Shown here piece after piece: positions 9,864 to 19,115 of a DNA stretch of 64,000 nt. Both the position numbers and the translations under genes were made by a program. The notes beneath the pieces were generated by a model. That model saw only the letters and a list, made by a program, of their open reading frames with translations. It did not search any database and was not told the origin of the DNA. Source of the stretch: Candidatus Heimdallarchaeum aukensis (GTDB taxonomy: Archaea > Asgardarchaeota > Heimdallarchaeia > Heimdallarchaeales > Heimdallarchaeaceae). Every line of letters starts with the position of its first letter. The stretch's first letter is position 1. Location of the stretch: the NCBI GenBank assembly GCA_021513695.1, contig CP084166.1, positions 832,001 through 896,000 on the forward strand, in the 5' to 3' direction.

Positions 9864-10745
9864 TTATCTTTTCAGGCTTTCTTCCGAATTATAAGGCTCT
9901 ATATGGATAACTATATCCTTGAAAACGCCTGTGTCCTCAAGTTTTTTCTTAAGTTTCTCAGCAATAGCATGAGCATCTTTTACTATCATATCTTCATCTA
10001 CAAGAAGATGAAAATCTCCTGTCCATTGATCGTAAATTCTACGTAATCTTACGAGATGAACCTCTTTAACATGCTCACACTCTAAACCTTTTTCTTCAAT
10101 AAGTTTAACTATATCTTCAGGAGGACCTCTATCTAATAAAATAGGTAAACTGTCTTTAGCGATATCATAACCAGTAAGGATGATAACAACGACAATTAAT
10201 AAAGCTAACACAGGGTCTAACCAGTAAACTTCGAAATAAGCTCCAATAATTGCTCCAACAACTAAAAAAGAAGCAATTACATCACTACGAAAGTTTTTGC
10301 TCAATGAAAGTATAGAAGGAGAATTGAGCTTCTTTCCAATAACAAATAAAACATAAGACAAAAAGAACTTACCAACAATACTCGTTAAAGCAACAATAAG
10401 AATAATCCATTCAAAAACTAAAAAATCTTGGTTAATCAGTCTACTAATCGCTTCTTCTGCGATCTGGTAAGAAGAAAAAATCATGAATACAACTATAGCC
10501 AAACTTAGAAGAAATTGGAACTTTTCATGACCAAAAGGATGATCACGGTCAGCAGGCTTCTTACCCATCTTTTCGCCAACACCAGCAAAAATAGACATAA
10601 TAAGATCAAGCAAAGAATCAAAACCATCAGCCAATAAACTAACAGAATTAAACAATATTCCAACGACAATCTTTAGAATCATTAATATTGAATTAATAAA
10701 TAAAGACAATCCAGTAGCAATAAAATTTAAACTAAATTTTGCCAT
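9864..10745 (-). CDS. cation diffusion facilitator (CDF) family divalent-metal efflux transporter
   Basis: Six TM helices (LLADGFDSL in TM2, HPFGHEKF), then a C-terminal cytoplasmic domain. Typical CzcD/ZitB architecture. Confidence 0.75.
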   Translation of the reverse strand: MAKFSLNFIATGLSLFINSILMILKIVVGILFNSVSLLADGFDSLLDLIMSIFAGVGEKMGKKPADRDHPFGHEKFQFLLSLAIVVFMIFSSYQIAEEAISRLINQDFLVFEWIILIVALTSIVGKFFLSYVLFVIGKKLNSPSILSLSKNFRSDVIASFLVVGAIIGAYFEVYWLDPVLALLIVVVIILTGYDIAKDSLPILLDRGPPEDIVKLIEEKGLECEHVKEVHLVRLRRIYDQWTGDFHLLVDEDMIVKDAHAIAEKLKKKLEDTGVFKDIVIHIEPYNSEESLKR

Positions 10746-10978
10746 AAAGGATTTTTTTTTTGATATCCAATAAACTTTTCTTTATGTATAAGGTTTTCAA
10801 TGTTCTAAATATCTGCTTAAGTTTAAAGTTGATAAATAATAATCATACTAGTATATTATTATAAAATAAATTTGAGATAAAAATGTAGAAAAAATCATTT
10901 CTCAAAATTGAGTATTTAATAATAATCAAACAGGATATCTTCAAGTTTTTTCAGTAGAAAATAGAAAAAAGTAAAAAA

Positions 10979-11950
10979 TTATTTAACAGTACTTTTTCCA
11001 ATCCAATTGATGTATTTCTTTAATCCTTCGTCAATAGTTATTTTTGGTTCATAACCAAGTAACTTTTTTGCTTTCGTTATATCTGCTAAAGTTTCAACTG
11101 GGTCAGACTTATATCCCTCTTTATAGATAATTTTTGCTTTTTTACCAATATATCGCTCAATCTTTTTAATTAAAGAAGAAAGAGAAATTGATTTTCCAGT
11201 TCCTAAATTAATGATTTCAAACTTTATTCTTTTTTTCGCCGCCCTCATAAATCCGTCAACAATATCGTCAATATAAGTAAAATCCCGCCTAGTGGACCCA
11301 TCACCATTAACAACGATTGCTTTATCTTGTCTGATTGCATTAACAAATCGAGAGATAGCCATATCAGGCCGTTGATGCGGACCATAGACAGTAAAAAGTC
11401 TTAAGGAGCAAAAATTAATGTCATATAAATAAGAATAAGTTTCACCATATAATTCACAAGAACGTTTACTTACAGCATAAGGAGAAATAGGTTGTGGAGC
11501 CATTGTTTCCTTTAAATATCCTTCATTATTTCCATAAACAGAAGATGAACTGCTAAAAATAAATTGACTAATATCATACATTCTACATAATTCTAATAAA
11601 TTGTTTGTAACCTTTATATTGTTATCAACGTATTTTAGAGGTTCAACAATTGATTCTCTAACTCCTACATTTGCCGCTAAATGAATAATGTTATCAATAT
11701 TATACTGCTTAAAAATAGTCTTGATTTTTGAAATTTCAAGCAAATTTTTTTCAACAAATAAGAAATTATTGCGTTTTTTTAGATTCTTAACTCTATTAGA
11801 TTGAATTAAATGATCATAACTTGCACTTAAATTATCTATTCCAATGATATTATTTTTTGAAAGTAAAAGAGTCTTACATAAATTGAAACCTATGAATCCT
11901 GCACAACCAGTAATAAGAATATTCTTTGCATCAAAATTGTTATTACTCAT
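10979..11950 (-). CDS. NAD-dependent nucleotide-sugar epimerase/dehydratase (SDR, UDP-glucose 4-epimerase-like)
   Basis: TGCAGFIG Rossmann motif and YAVSK catalytic YxxxK. Confidence 0.8.
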   Translation of the reverse strand: MSNNNFDAKNILITGCAGFIGFNLCKTLLLSKNNIIGIDNLSASYDHLIQSNRVKNLKKRNNFLFVEKNLLEISKIKTIFKQYNIDNIIHLAANVGVRESIVEPLKYVDNNIKVTNNLLELCRMYDISQFIFSSSSSVYGNNEGYLKETMAPQPISPYAVSKRSCELYGETYSYLYDINFCSLRLFTVYGPHQRPDMAISRFVNAIRQDKAIVVNGDGSTRRDFTYIDDIVDGFMRAAKKRIKFEIINLGTGKSISLSSLIKKIERYIGKKAKIIYKEGYKSDPVETLADITKAKKLLGYEPKITIDEGLKKYINWIGKSTVK

Positions 11951-12016
11951 TTATCAACAAGAAATTCTACTGTATAAAAATTGTATGCTATATAATCAAA
12001 AAGAATAGAAAATAGA

Positions 12017-13024
12017 CTAAATAACCCCATTTCTAATAAATGAATAGTCACCTACTTTAAGAGAATGAGCTTTTAATCCAATTACATCACTATTTGTTCC
12101 AACAACAGAATCAGAAATAAATACTCTTTCTAGCCTTGAATTTTCTAATATAACAGAATTTTTAATTTCACTGTTTTCTACCTTAACCCCTTTCTCTATC
12201 ATTACATAAGGGCCAATAGTAGATGAGTGAATTTCGCAGTCTTCAGCAATATATACAGGTGGAATTATGCTAGAATTCGTGACATTTCCAAGCACTTTAT
12301 GAGTTTTTTCATTTAAATAGTGTTTATTCACCTCTAATAAATCTTCAGGATACCCAATATCTAACCTCCAACCATGTATTTTTGAAACCTTAACTCGATA
12401 ATTATTGTCAACTAATTTTTGTATTGCATCTGTGAGCTCATATTCTCCACGAGCTGAAGGCTGTAACCCAGATGTCATCTGAAATATTATTGGAGAAAAA
12501 ACATAGAAACCTGAAATAACATAGTTACTCTTAGGGGTTTTTGGTTTTTCTTCAACAGATATAACATTATCACTATCATCTATCTCAACAACACCAAATC
12601 GTTGAGGATTTTCATGCTTTTCAATGTGTAAAGTTGCAGCAGCATTTGAAGAAATATGAAGATCAATAACTTTTTTCAAGTTTGCAGAAAATAGATTATC
12701 ACCTAATAAAACAACAAAGTCTCTTGATATTTTGTCTTCTATTAGATTTACGGCTGCAGCTAAACCATGAGCTTGATTTGTGTGCTGAATTACATAAGAA
12801 ATGTTCATTCCTAAATCTTGTCCATTCTTGAAATAATCAATAATTGCATTTCTTTGATAACCAACAACTATAATAATATCATTAATATCTAACATATCAC
12901 GCATGTATTCAATTGAGCGATGCAAGATAGGTTTTCCTGCGACTGGTAAAAGATGTTTTGGTCTAAAACTTGTAAAGGGTAGTAAGCGACTTCCATGGCC
13001 TGCTGCTAAAATAACTCCTTTCAT
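12017..13024 (-). CDS. sugar-1-phosphate nucleotidyltransferase with C-terminal left-handed beta-helix
   Basis: The N-terminal GVILAAGHGSRLLPFT..PKHLLPVAGKPIL is the NTP-transferase signature. The C-terminal hexapeptide-like repeats suggest a GlmU/ST0452-like bifunctional type. Confidence 0.75.
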   Translation of the reverse strand: MKGVILAAGHGSRLLPFTSFRPKHLLPVAGKPILHRSIEYMRDMLDINDIIIVVGYQRNAIIDYFKNGQDLGMNISYVIQHTNQAHGLAAAVNLIEDKISRDFVVLLGDNLFSANLKKVIDLHISSNAAATLHIEKHENPQRFGVVEIDDSDNVISVEEKPKTPKSNYVISGFYVFSPIIFQMTSGLQPSARGEYELTDAIQKLVDNNYRVKVSKIHGWRLDIGYPEDLLEVNKHYLNEKTHKVLGNVTNSSIIPPVYIAEDCEIHSSTIGPYVMIEKGVKVENSEIKNSVILENSRLERVFISDSVVGTNSDVIGLKAHSLKVGDYSFIRNGVI

Positions 13025-13837
13025 TTTGTAACTCCATACTTTATGTAATATAAAAACTATTCTTTTTGAATTTGTTGTTTAAAAACCAACATAATTTAGA
13101 TAATAAATATGAATAAAACAAACAGTTATTAATTTATATAATACTTGGCATTTATATCGGCATTGAATAATAAAAATATATTAAGGCAAAGGAAATTTCT
13201 GAACGAAAATTCTATTTTGATAATCAATGTTATTAAAAACAATCTTTCAACTTACTTAAATATAAGTTCATAAATTTTAAGTGTTCAAATTTTGTTTGAG
13301 AATTCATTTTTTGTTATTTTAATAAAACTAACTATACATAGATATAGTAGGCATGTCCAAAAATTAATTATTATTAATGTAGAGAGTATATGTAAGAATT
13401 ATGACACACTTCCAGATTATAGACCTCACAAAGAAAAAGAATTTATAATCATTAATAGACTTTTCTTAAGAAACTTGTAAAAGAAAAAAAATTGAAAGTA
13501 AAAGAGGAAGAAAAAGAATAAAGAAAAAGAGATGCAGAGTAATGCTAACCTTAGTGATTATTGTAAGAATAGAAAAAATAGTTTGTAGAAAATTAGAAGA
13601 AAAATTGTCTCTTTGAGATTTTTTGATAATGGAGTGATAGATGACGAATATTTCTTTAAAATCTACTTTCGCACTGTATGAAGATTGGGAGACAGTAAGG
13701 TGTTAGAGCAATGGATAATAATGAGTACTATTTTCAATAATTCGCTTAATATTTTAGGTTTATAATTACCATATAAAACACAGATATCCTACAGAAGAGA
13801 CAAGCAGTATATATAAAAGACTTAAAAAACACTCATA

Positions 13838-14575
13838 TCAGTTAAATACATTTTTCATTTTATAGAATATCCTTCTCGGAATCAAACTTAATTGATATAA
13901 AATCATTGATGGAATAAAATTTCTTAATTTTATCGAGGATGACTCATTTTGATATATAGCTTTCATTTCTATTTCTTTAATTTTTGCATTAATTAAACTT
14001 AATTCAAAAAGCATGCTATTCTCAAAAGTATAACCAGCATTCAGCTTTTCATGTCTAATCTTTTTAAATGTTTCTTTTTTCATTGCTGTATAACCATTTT
14101 GGGCATCATTCACATTCCAATAACCTGTTGTAATTTTAGTTATCCATGTAAGAATTTTATTTCCAATAAATCGATATTTTGGCATTTGCTCCCTCAATTT
14201 CTTATTTGACATTCTATTTCCTTTAGCAAAATCATAATCTTCATCTATAAGAGGATCCAAAAACTTGGGTAAAAGTTCAGCTTTCATTTGTCCATCACCG
14301 TCTATACGAACAAAAATGTCAGCTCCTAATTCTTCACCTAACAAGAAGCCATTTACAGTGGATTTACCAACACCTTGGTTGGTTTCATGGACAATAATAT
14401 GTAATCTCTCTTCTTTGATATTTTTCAATATCTTCAATGTATTATCTGTACTTTTATCATCAATAACAATAATAAAATCTATAAATTCTGGAATCTCTTT
14501 GATTACTTCTTCGATGTGATCCTCTTCATTATATACTGGTATTACTAGACATATTTTCTTATTTTTATACAACAC
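13838..14575 (-). CDS. family-2 glycosyltransferase (Dol-P-sugar synthase-like, soluble)
   Basis: ICLVIPVYNEE...DDKSTDNT and DGDGQ (DxD) motifs. No C-terminal TM. Confidence 0.75.
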   Translation of the reverse strand: MLYKNKKICLVIPVYNEEDHIEEVIKEIPEFIDFIIVIDDKSTDNTLKILKNIKEERLHIIVHETNQGVGKSTVNGFLLGEELGADIFVRIDGDGQMKAELLPKFLDPLIDEDYDFAKGNRMSNKKLREQMPKYRFIGNKILTWITKITTGYWNVNDAQNGYTAMKKETFKKIRHEKLNAGYTFENSMLFELSLINAKIKEIEMKAIYQNESSSIKLRNFIPSMILYQLSLIPRRIFYKMKNVFN

Positions 14576-15064
14576 AAATAACCTCCAGGTTCGTGTTTTA
14601 TGCCTTTATTCTATTTGATTTATTTAATTTTTTCTAGTAGACAATAGCGATAAGCTTAAGACACAGTGCTAACTTTTGAAATTACAACAAAAAGAATAAG
14701 CTACAAGAAACACAAGCAAAATGAAATAAAATTAGGAAGAAGAACAGAAAAGACTTCCGAATGAAAAAAATATCTTTATAGAAGAAAATTAGGCATAAGC
14801 TATAATGAAAAAATATCTATGTGTGAAATGCTGATACTCTAGACAGATGATATAAGTATTCATTTTCTGAAATTACTCTTATAAACTATTTATACTATAA
14901 TATGTACTCTAGTTCTTTATACGATTAACTATTTGTCTGTCTTATTATAGAGGTGTTGAAAAGTTAAATAAACTATAAATTTATAGTAAGAAGTCGCCCT
15001 ATTTCAACAATAACAATTATATATAGATATTTAAAGGCTAACAAGAAAAGGAAATACTTAAACG

Positions 15065-16384
15065 GTGATATTAATTAAAAAATTAATGTTTGTTATCGGA
15101 ACAAGGCCAGAAATTATAAAAATGGCACCTTTAATTAGAGAAGGATTAACCCGTTATTCTCAAATATATTTAGTTCATACGGGCCAACATTATGATCATA
15201 ATATGAGTCAAACCTTTTTTAAATCTCTGAATTTACCGCCACCAACTTATAATCTTGAAGTTGGCAGTGGTTCCCATGCATATCAATTATCTGAAATAAT
15301 AATAAAACTTGAAAAACTGATATTCAAGATTCAACCAGATATAGTTTTTGCTCAAGGAGATACTAATTCGGTTGCGGCAACAGCTCTTGTATGTGGAAAG
15401 ATCAATGTACCATTTGCACATGTGGAAGCTGGTATAAGAAGTTTTGATATGACAATGCCTGAAGAAATAAATCGAAAAATAGCTGCAGTAACGGCAAATT
15501 ACCATTTTGCTCCAACTAAACAAGCAGTAATTAATCTGTTAACGGAAGGAGTAAACCATAATAGGATTTTTCTTACAGGAAATACAATTGTTGATGCTAC
15601 ATTACAACACATAGAAATTGCTGAAAAAATAAAGAATAAGGATATTGAAGACATATTTAACTTCTTAGATGGTAGTGATTTCATTTTATGTACTCTCCAT
15701 AGACAATCAAATGTTAATAATAAAGAATCCTTGAAGGAAATTCTAAGAGCTTTTCAGATCTTACAAAAAAGAGGAATCAAAATAATCTTTCCATGTCATC
15801 CAAGAACAATTAAACAAATTAAAAAACTAAATCTCGATAAAGAATTCAAGAAACTTACTAATCTTTATTTATGTGACCCTTTAGATTACCTTTCTTTCAT
15901 TAAATTAATAAAAGAATGTTCTCTAATACTAACTGATTCTGGTGGAATACAAGAGGAAGCTGCAACTTTAAAAAAGAAATGTGTAACATTGCGCACAAAC
16001 ACTGAAAGACCAGAAACAATAGAAATTGGATTAAATGTATTATCAAAAACAATAGCAGAAGATATTATTGCAAATATCGATTTACAATTGAGTAAAGATA
16101 TTTCAAAAATAAAAAATTATAAGAATCCTTATGGTGATGGGACTGCTTCAAAAAAAATTTTAGATATAATTGAAGAAAGAAGAGATTTAAGCAAATATTA
16201 TCCTCCCAATTTAGAAGAAGTAGGATCTTATAAGGTAAGACTACATACTGTAACAAAAAGCATGTCAAATGAAGATTTTGAGAAAAATTATGGACAAATA
16301 TTGATGATATTTAACAAAGAAGGAGATGCAATTCTTCTTCCAGAGGTAGTAAAAGAAGGTTATTCAATAATTTATCTAGCTTAA
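15065..16384 (+). CDS. wecB: UDP-N-acetylglucosamine 2-epimerase (non-hydrolysing) with ~70-aa C-terminal extension
   Basis: MFVIGTRPEIIKMAPL, HTGQHYD and HVEAGIRSFD motifs. The probable true start is the ATG at 15086 (the listed ORF begins at GTG 15065). It is 439 aa versus about 360-380 aa for typical WecB. Confidence 0.8.
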   Translation: MILIKKLMFVIGTRPEIIKMAPLIREGLTRYSQIYLVHTGQHYDHNMSQTFFKSLNLPPPTYNLEVGSGSHAYQLSEIIIKLEKLIFKIQPDIVFAQGDTNSVAATALVCGKINVPFAHVEAGIRSFDMTMPEEINRKIAAVTANYHFAPTKQAVINLLTEGVNHNRIFLTGNTIVDATLQHIEIAEKIKNKDIEDIFNFLDGSDFILCTLHRQSNVNNKESLKEILRAFQILQKRGIKIIFPCHPRTIKQIKKLNLDKEFKKLTNLYLCDPLDYLSFIKLIKECSLILTDSGGIQEEAATLKKKCVTLRTNTERPETIEIGLNVLSKTIAEDIIANIDLQLSKDISKIKNYKNPYGDGTASKKILDIIEERRDLSKYYPPNLEEVGSYKVRLHTVTKSMSNEDFEKNYGQILMIFNKEGDAILLPEVVKEGYSIIYLA

Positions 16385-16519
16385 TATATCTTTTTTTTGT
16401 CACTAACACATTCAATCACTTTTCTCAAAAATTATTGATGATTTTCATATTGTATCATCAAAAAACTTAAAATGCAAACTGTAAAGATATGATGGACATT
16501 AATAAAAATTGGTGATTTA

Positions 16520-17440
16520 ATGAAGATATTGGTAACTGGAGGACTTGGATTTATTGGAACAAATTTGTCAAAAGAATTACGCTCAAGAGGACATGACGTT
16601 ATCACAGCAGATATTTATCACTCTAAAGAATCAAAAAAAAGCCATATTAGGTGTGATATAGGCGAATATAGACAAATTGAAAGAATTTTTAAAGAACATG
16701 AAATTGATTTTGTATATAATTTAGCTGCTGAATATGGTCGTTGGAATGGAGAGGATTATTATGAACAACTGTGGAGAACAAACGTAGTAGGACTAAAAAA
16801 TATACTAAGACTTCAAAATGAATATAATTTTAGGTTAGTGCATTTCAGTAGTGCTGAAGTTTATGGAGACTATCGAGATGTCATGACTGAAGATGTAATG
16901 GATAAAGTTCCAATTAAACAAATGAATGATTATGCCATCTCAAAATGGGCAAACGAATTACAGTGTTTAAATGCAGCAGAAATGCACGGTAATGAAATAG
17001 TGCGGATTCGCCCAGTTAATTGTTATGGACCCCATGAAGAATATAGCCCTTATAGAGGTGTTATTCCAATATTAGTATATAGCGCTTTATTTAAGCAACC
17101 AGCTGTAGTATATAGCAAGCATAAAAGAATTTTTGATTATGTTTCAGACACAGTAAGAACCGTAGCTAATATAGTTGAAAACTTTATCCCTGGCGAAGTC
17201 TATAACATTGCAGCCAAGAAAGAAGTTACAATTAAGTATGTTTCTGATTTAATCCTTGAAGCAGTCGGTACTGACGACTCTCATATTACTTATAAAGAAG
17301 AAGAACCGTTTACAACTAAAGCTAAGAAAATCGATTGCTCAAAAGCTTATAAAGATCTAAATCATAGAATAGATGTACCAATTGAAAAAGGGATTCCTAT
17401 GTATGTTGATTGGATGAAGAAACATTATTCTATTAAATAA
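16520..17440 (+). CDS. NAD-dependent epimerase/dehydratase (SDR family)
   Basis: TGGLGFIG motif and YAISK catalytic motif. Confidence 0.75.
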   Translation: MKILVTGGLGFIGTNLSKELRSRGHDVITADIYHSKESKKSHIRCDIGEYRQIERIFKEHEIDFVYNLAAEYGRWNGEDYYEQLWRTNVVGLKNILRLQNEYNFRLVHFSSAEVYGDYRDVMTEDVMDKVPIKQMNDYAISKWANELQCLNAAEMHGNEIVRIRPVNCYGPHEEYSPYRGVIPILVYSALFKQPAVVYSKHKRIFDYVSDTVRTVANIVENFIPGEVYNIAAKKEVTIKYVSDLILEAVGTDDSHITYKEEEPFTTKAKKIDCSKAYKDLNHRIDVPIEKGIPMYVDWMKKHYSIK

Positions 17441-17453
17441 TACGTTAACGAGA

Positions 17454-18509
17454 GTGATTTCAATGGAAAAATACTTGGAGAGCTATAAAGATAAAAAAAT
17501 ATTAGTAACAGGAGGAGCAGGAGCCGTCGGTTCGTTTTTAGTGAAAAAATTACTAGAACTAGGTTCGTTTGTTATTGTTTTAGATAATCTCTCTTCTGGA
17601 TATGTATGGAATCTGCCTAATGATGGAAATTTATTATTTATTGAAGGTGATGTAACAAATGATATAGATCTTAAAAGAGTATTTAGTGAAGAACCAGAAA
17701 TAATTTTCCATCTAGCTGCATTTTTTGCAAATCAAAATTCTGTAGATTATCCTGAAACAGATCTAAATACTAACGGATTTGGAACCTTAAAACTGCTTGA
17801 GTATTCAAAAATCTATAATAAACTTAAACGATTCGTTTACGCTTCTTCAGGCTGTTCTATCTATCCTTCAGACGCAGAAATGCCCTATAAAGAAGAACTA
17901 ACTAATATGTATATGACTACACCGTACCAAATAACTAAAATGTTAGGTGAATTATATTGTAATTATTACTGGAAGATTCAAAAAGTTCCAGTTGTAAAGG
18001 CTAGATTCTTCAATTCTTTCGGACCTGGGGAAGTACCTGGACAATATAGAAACGTTATTCCAAATTTTATCTTTTGGGCTAAATTAGGTTTGTCTCTTCC
18101 TATTACAGGAACAGGTGAAGAAACTCGAGATTTTACCTATGTCGGGGATATAGTAGATGGATTATTAAGGATGGGCTATTTTGAAGAAGCAATAGGAGAA
18201 GAGATAAATCTAGCTGCTGGAAGAGAAGTAAAGATTTTGCATCTAGCTGAACTAGTAAATAAACTAGTTGGAAACGAAGCTGGGATTGAATTCAAGCCAA
18301 GACGCAAATGGGATACTAAATTAAGAATGTTAGCTTCTAATGAAAAAGCAAAAAAGATACTAGGATTTAACCCTAATCCGGACTTTGATGGCTGCTTGAA
18401 AAAAACAATCAAATGGTTTGAAGAAAATTGGGAAGATATTAAAAAATCAGCAGATTTTCCACCGGGGATGTCTTCTGCAGTAAGAAATAGGTCTGGAAAA
18501 TCTTCCTAA
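17454..18509 (+). CDS. NAD-dependent epimerase/dehydratase (UDP-glucuronate decarboxylase / 4,6-dehydratase-like SDR)
   Basis: TGGAGAVGSFL motif and YQITK catalytic motif. Confidence 0.75.
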   Translation: MISMEKYLESYKDKKILVTGGAGAVGSFLVKKLLELGSFVIVLDNLSSGYVWNLPNDGNLLFIEGDVTNDIDLKRVFSEEPEIIFHLAAFFANQNSVDYPETDLNTNGFGTLKLLEYSKIYNKLKRFVYASSGCSIYPSDAEMPYKEELTNMYMTTPYQITKMLGELYCNYYWKIQKVPVVKARFFNSFGPGEVPGQYRNVIPNFIFWAKLGLSLPITGTGEETRDFTYVGDIVDGLLRMGYFEEAIGEEINLAAGREVKILHLAELVNKLVGNEAGIEFKPRRKWDTKLRMLASNEKAKKILGFNPNPDFDGCLKKTIKWFEENWEDIKKSADFPPGMSSAVRNRSGKSS

Positions 18510-19115
18510 TTTATTTTTCTAAAAAATTTAATGTTAAACCTGTCATATTTGTCTACATTAAGGATATAAAATTGAAAAGAAGATATTACTAGGAGAAAAA
18601 TGTAAACGCAATCATGTTCAGTACACTTGTATTTAACAATCTAGTTTTGTAATTATTAAAGGACTTTGTGCAGTCGATCAAGAGTGATAATCACAGTAGT
18701 AGTAAAATCTTTTTCCTTGAAACTATTTTAGGACTCCAATTTATAGTTTATTCTTAAGATCTTATTTGATAGGAGTCAGTTTTACATTACTGTATTGGAT
18801 TAAGAATCTTTAATAGTCGATTACATTGTATTAAATTTAGATTTTCTGCTACTAAACACATACAATACTTTATAAAAATTTGAACTTCTTAATTGTATAC
18901 ACTCAAATTTCATCTTCTCTTTTGTTTCTCTTTTATAATCTTGACTTTAATTAATATATTTAATTAAAGGATTGTTGTTTTTGTTTAGAAATGTAACTTA
19001 AACTTTGGAATTAGGAAACTCATCTTGAATACAGTACAAAAGAATGATTTTTCAAGGGTAAATGATTAATCACAAAAAGACAAAAACTTAAAAATATCTT
19101 GTATATCCTTGCTCA

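Noticed and set aside
13292-13480. Small intergenic ORFs (13292-13480, 22566-22751, 27151-27360)
   Set aside because: They are 61-69 aa with no motif, located in AT-rich spacers with no ribosome-binding or promoter context I could recognise. I kept them only as part of the long-intergenic-gap observation.
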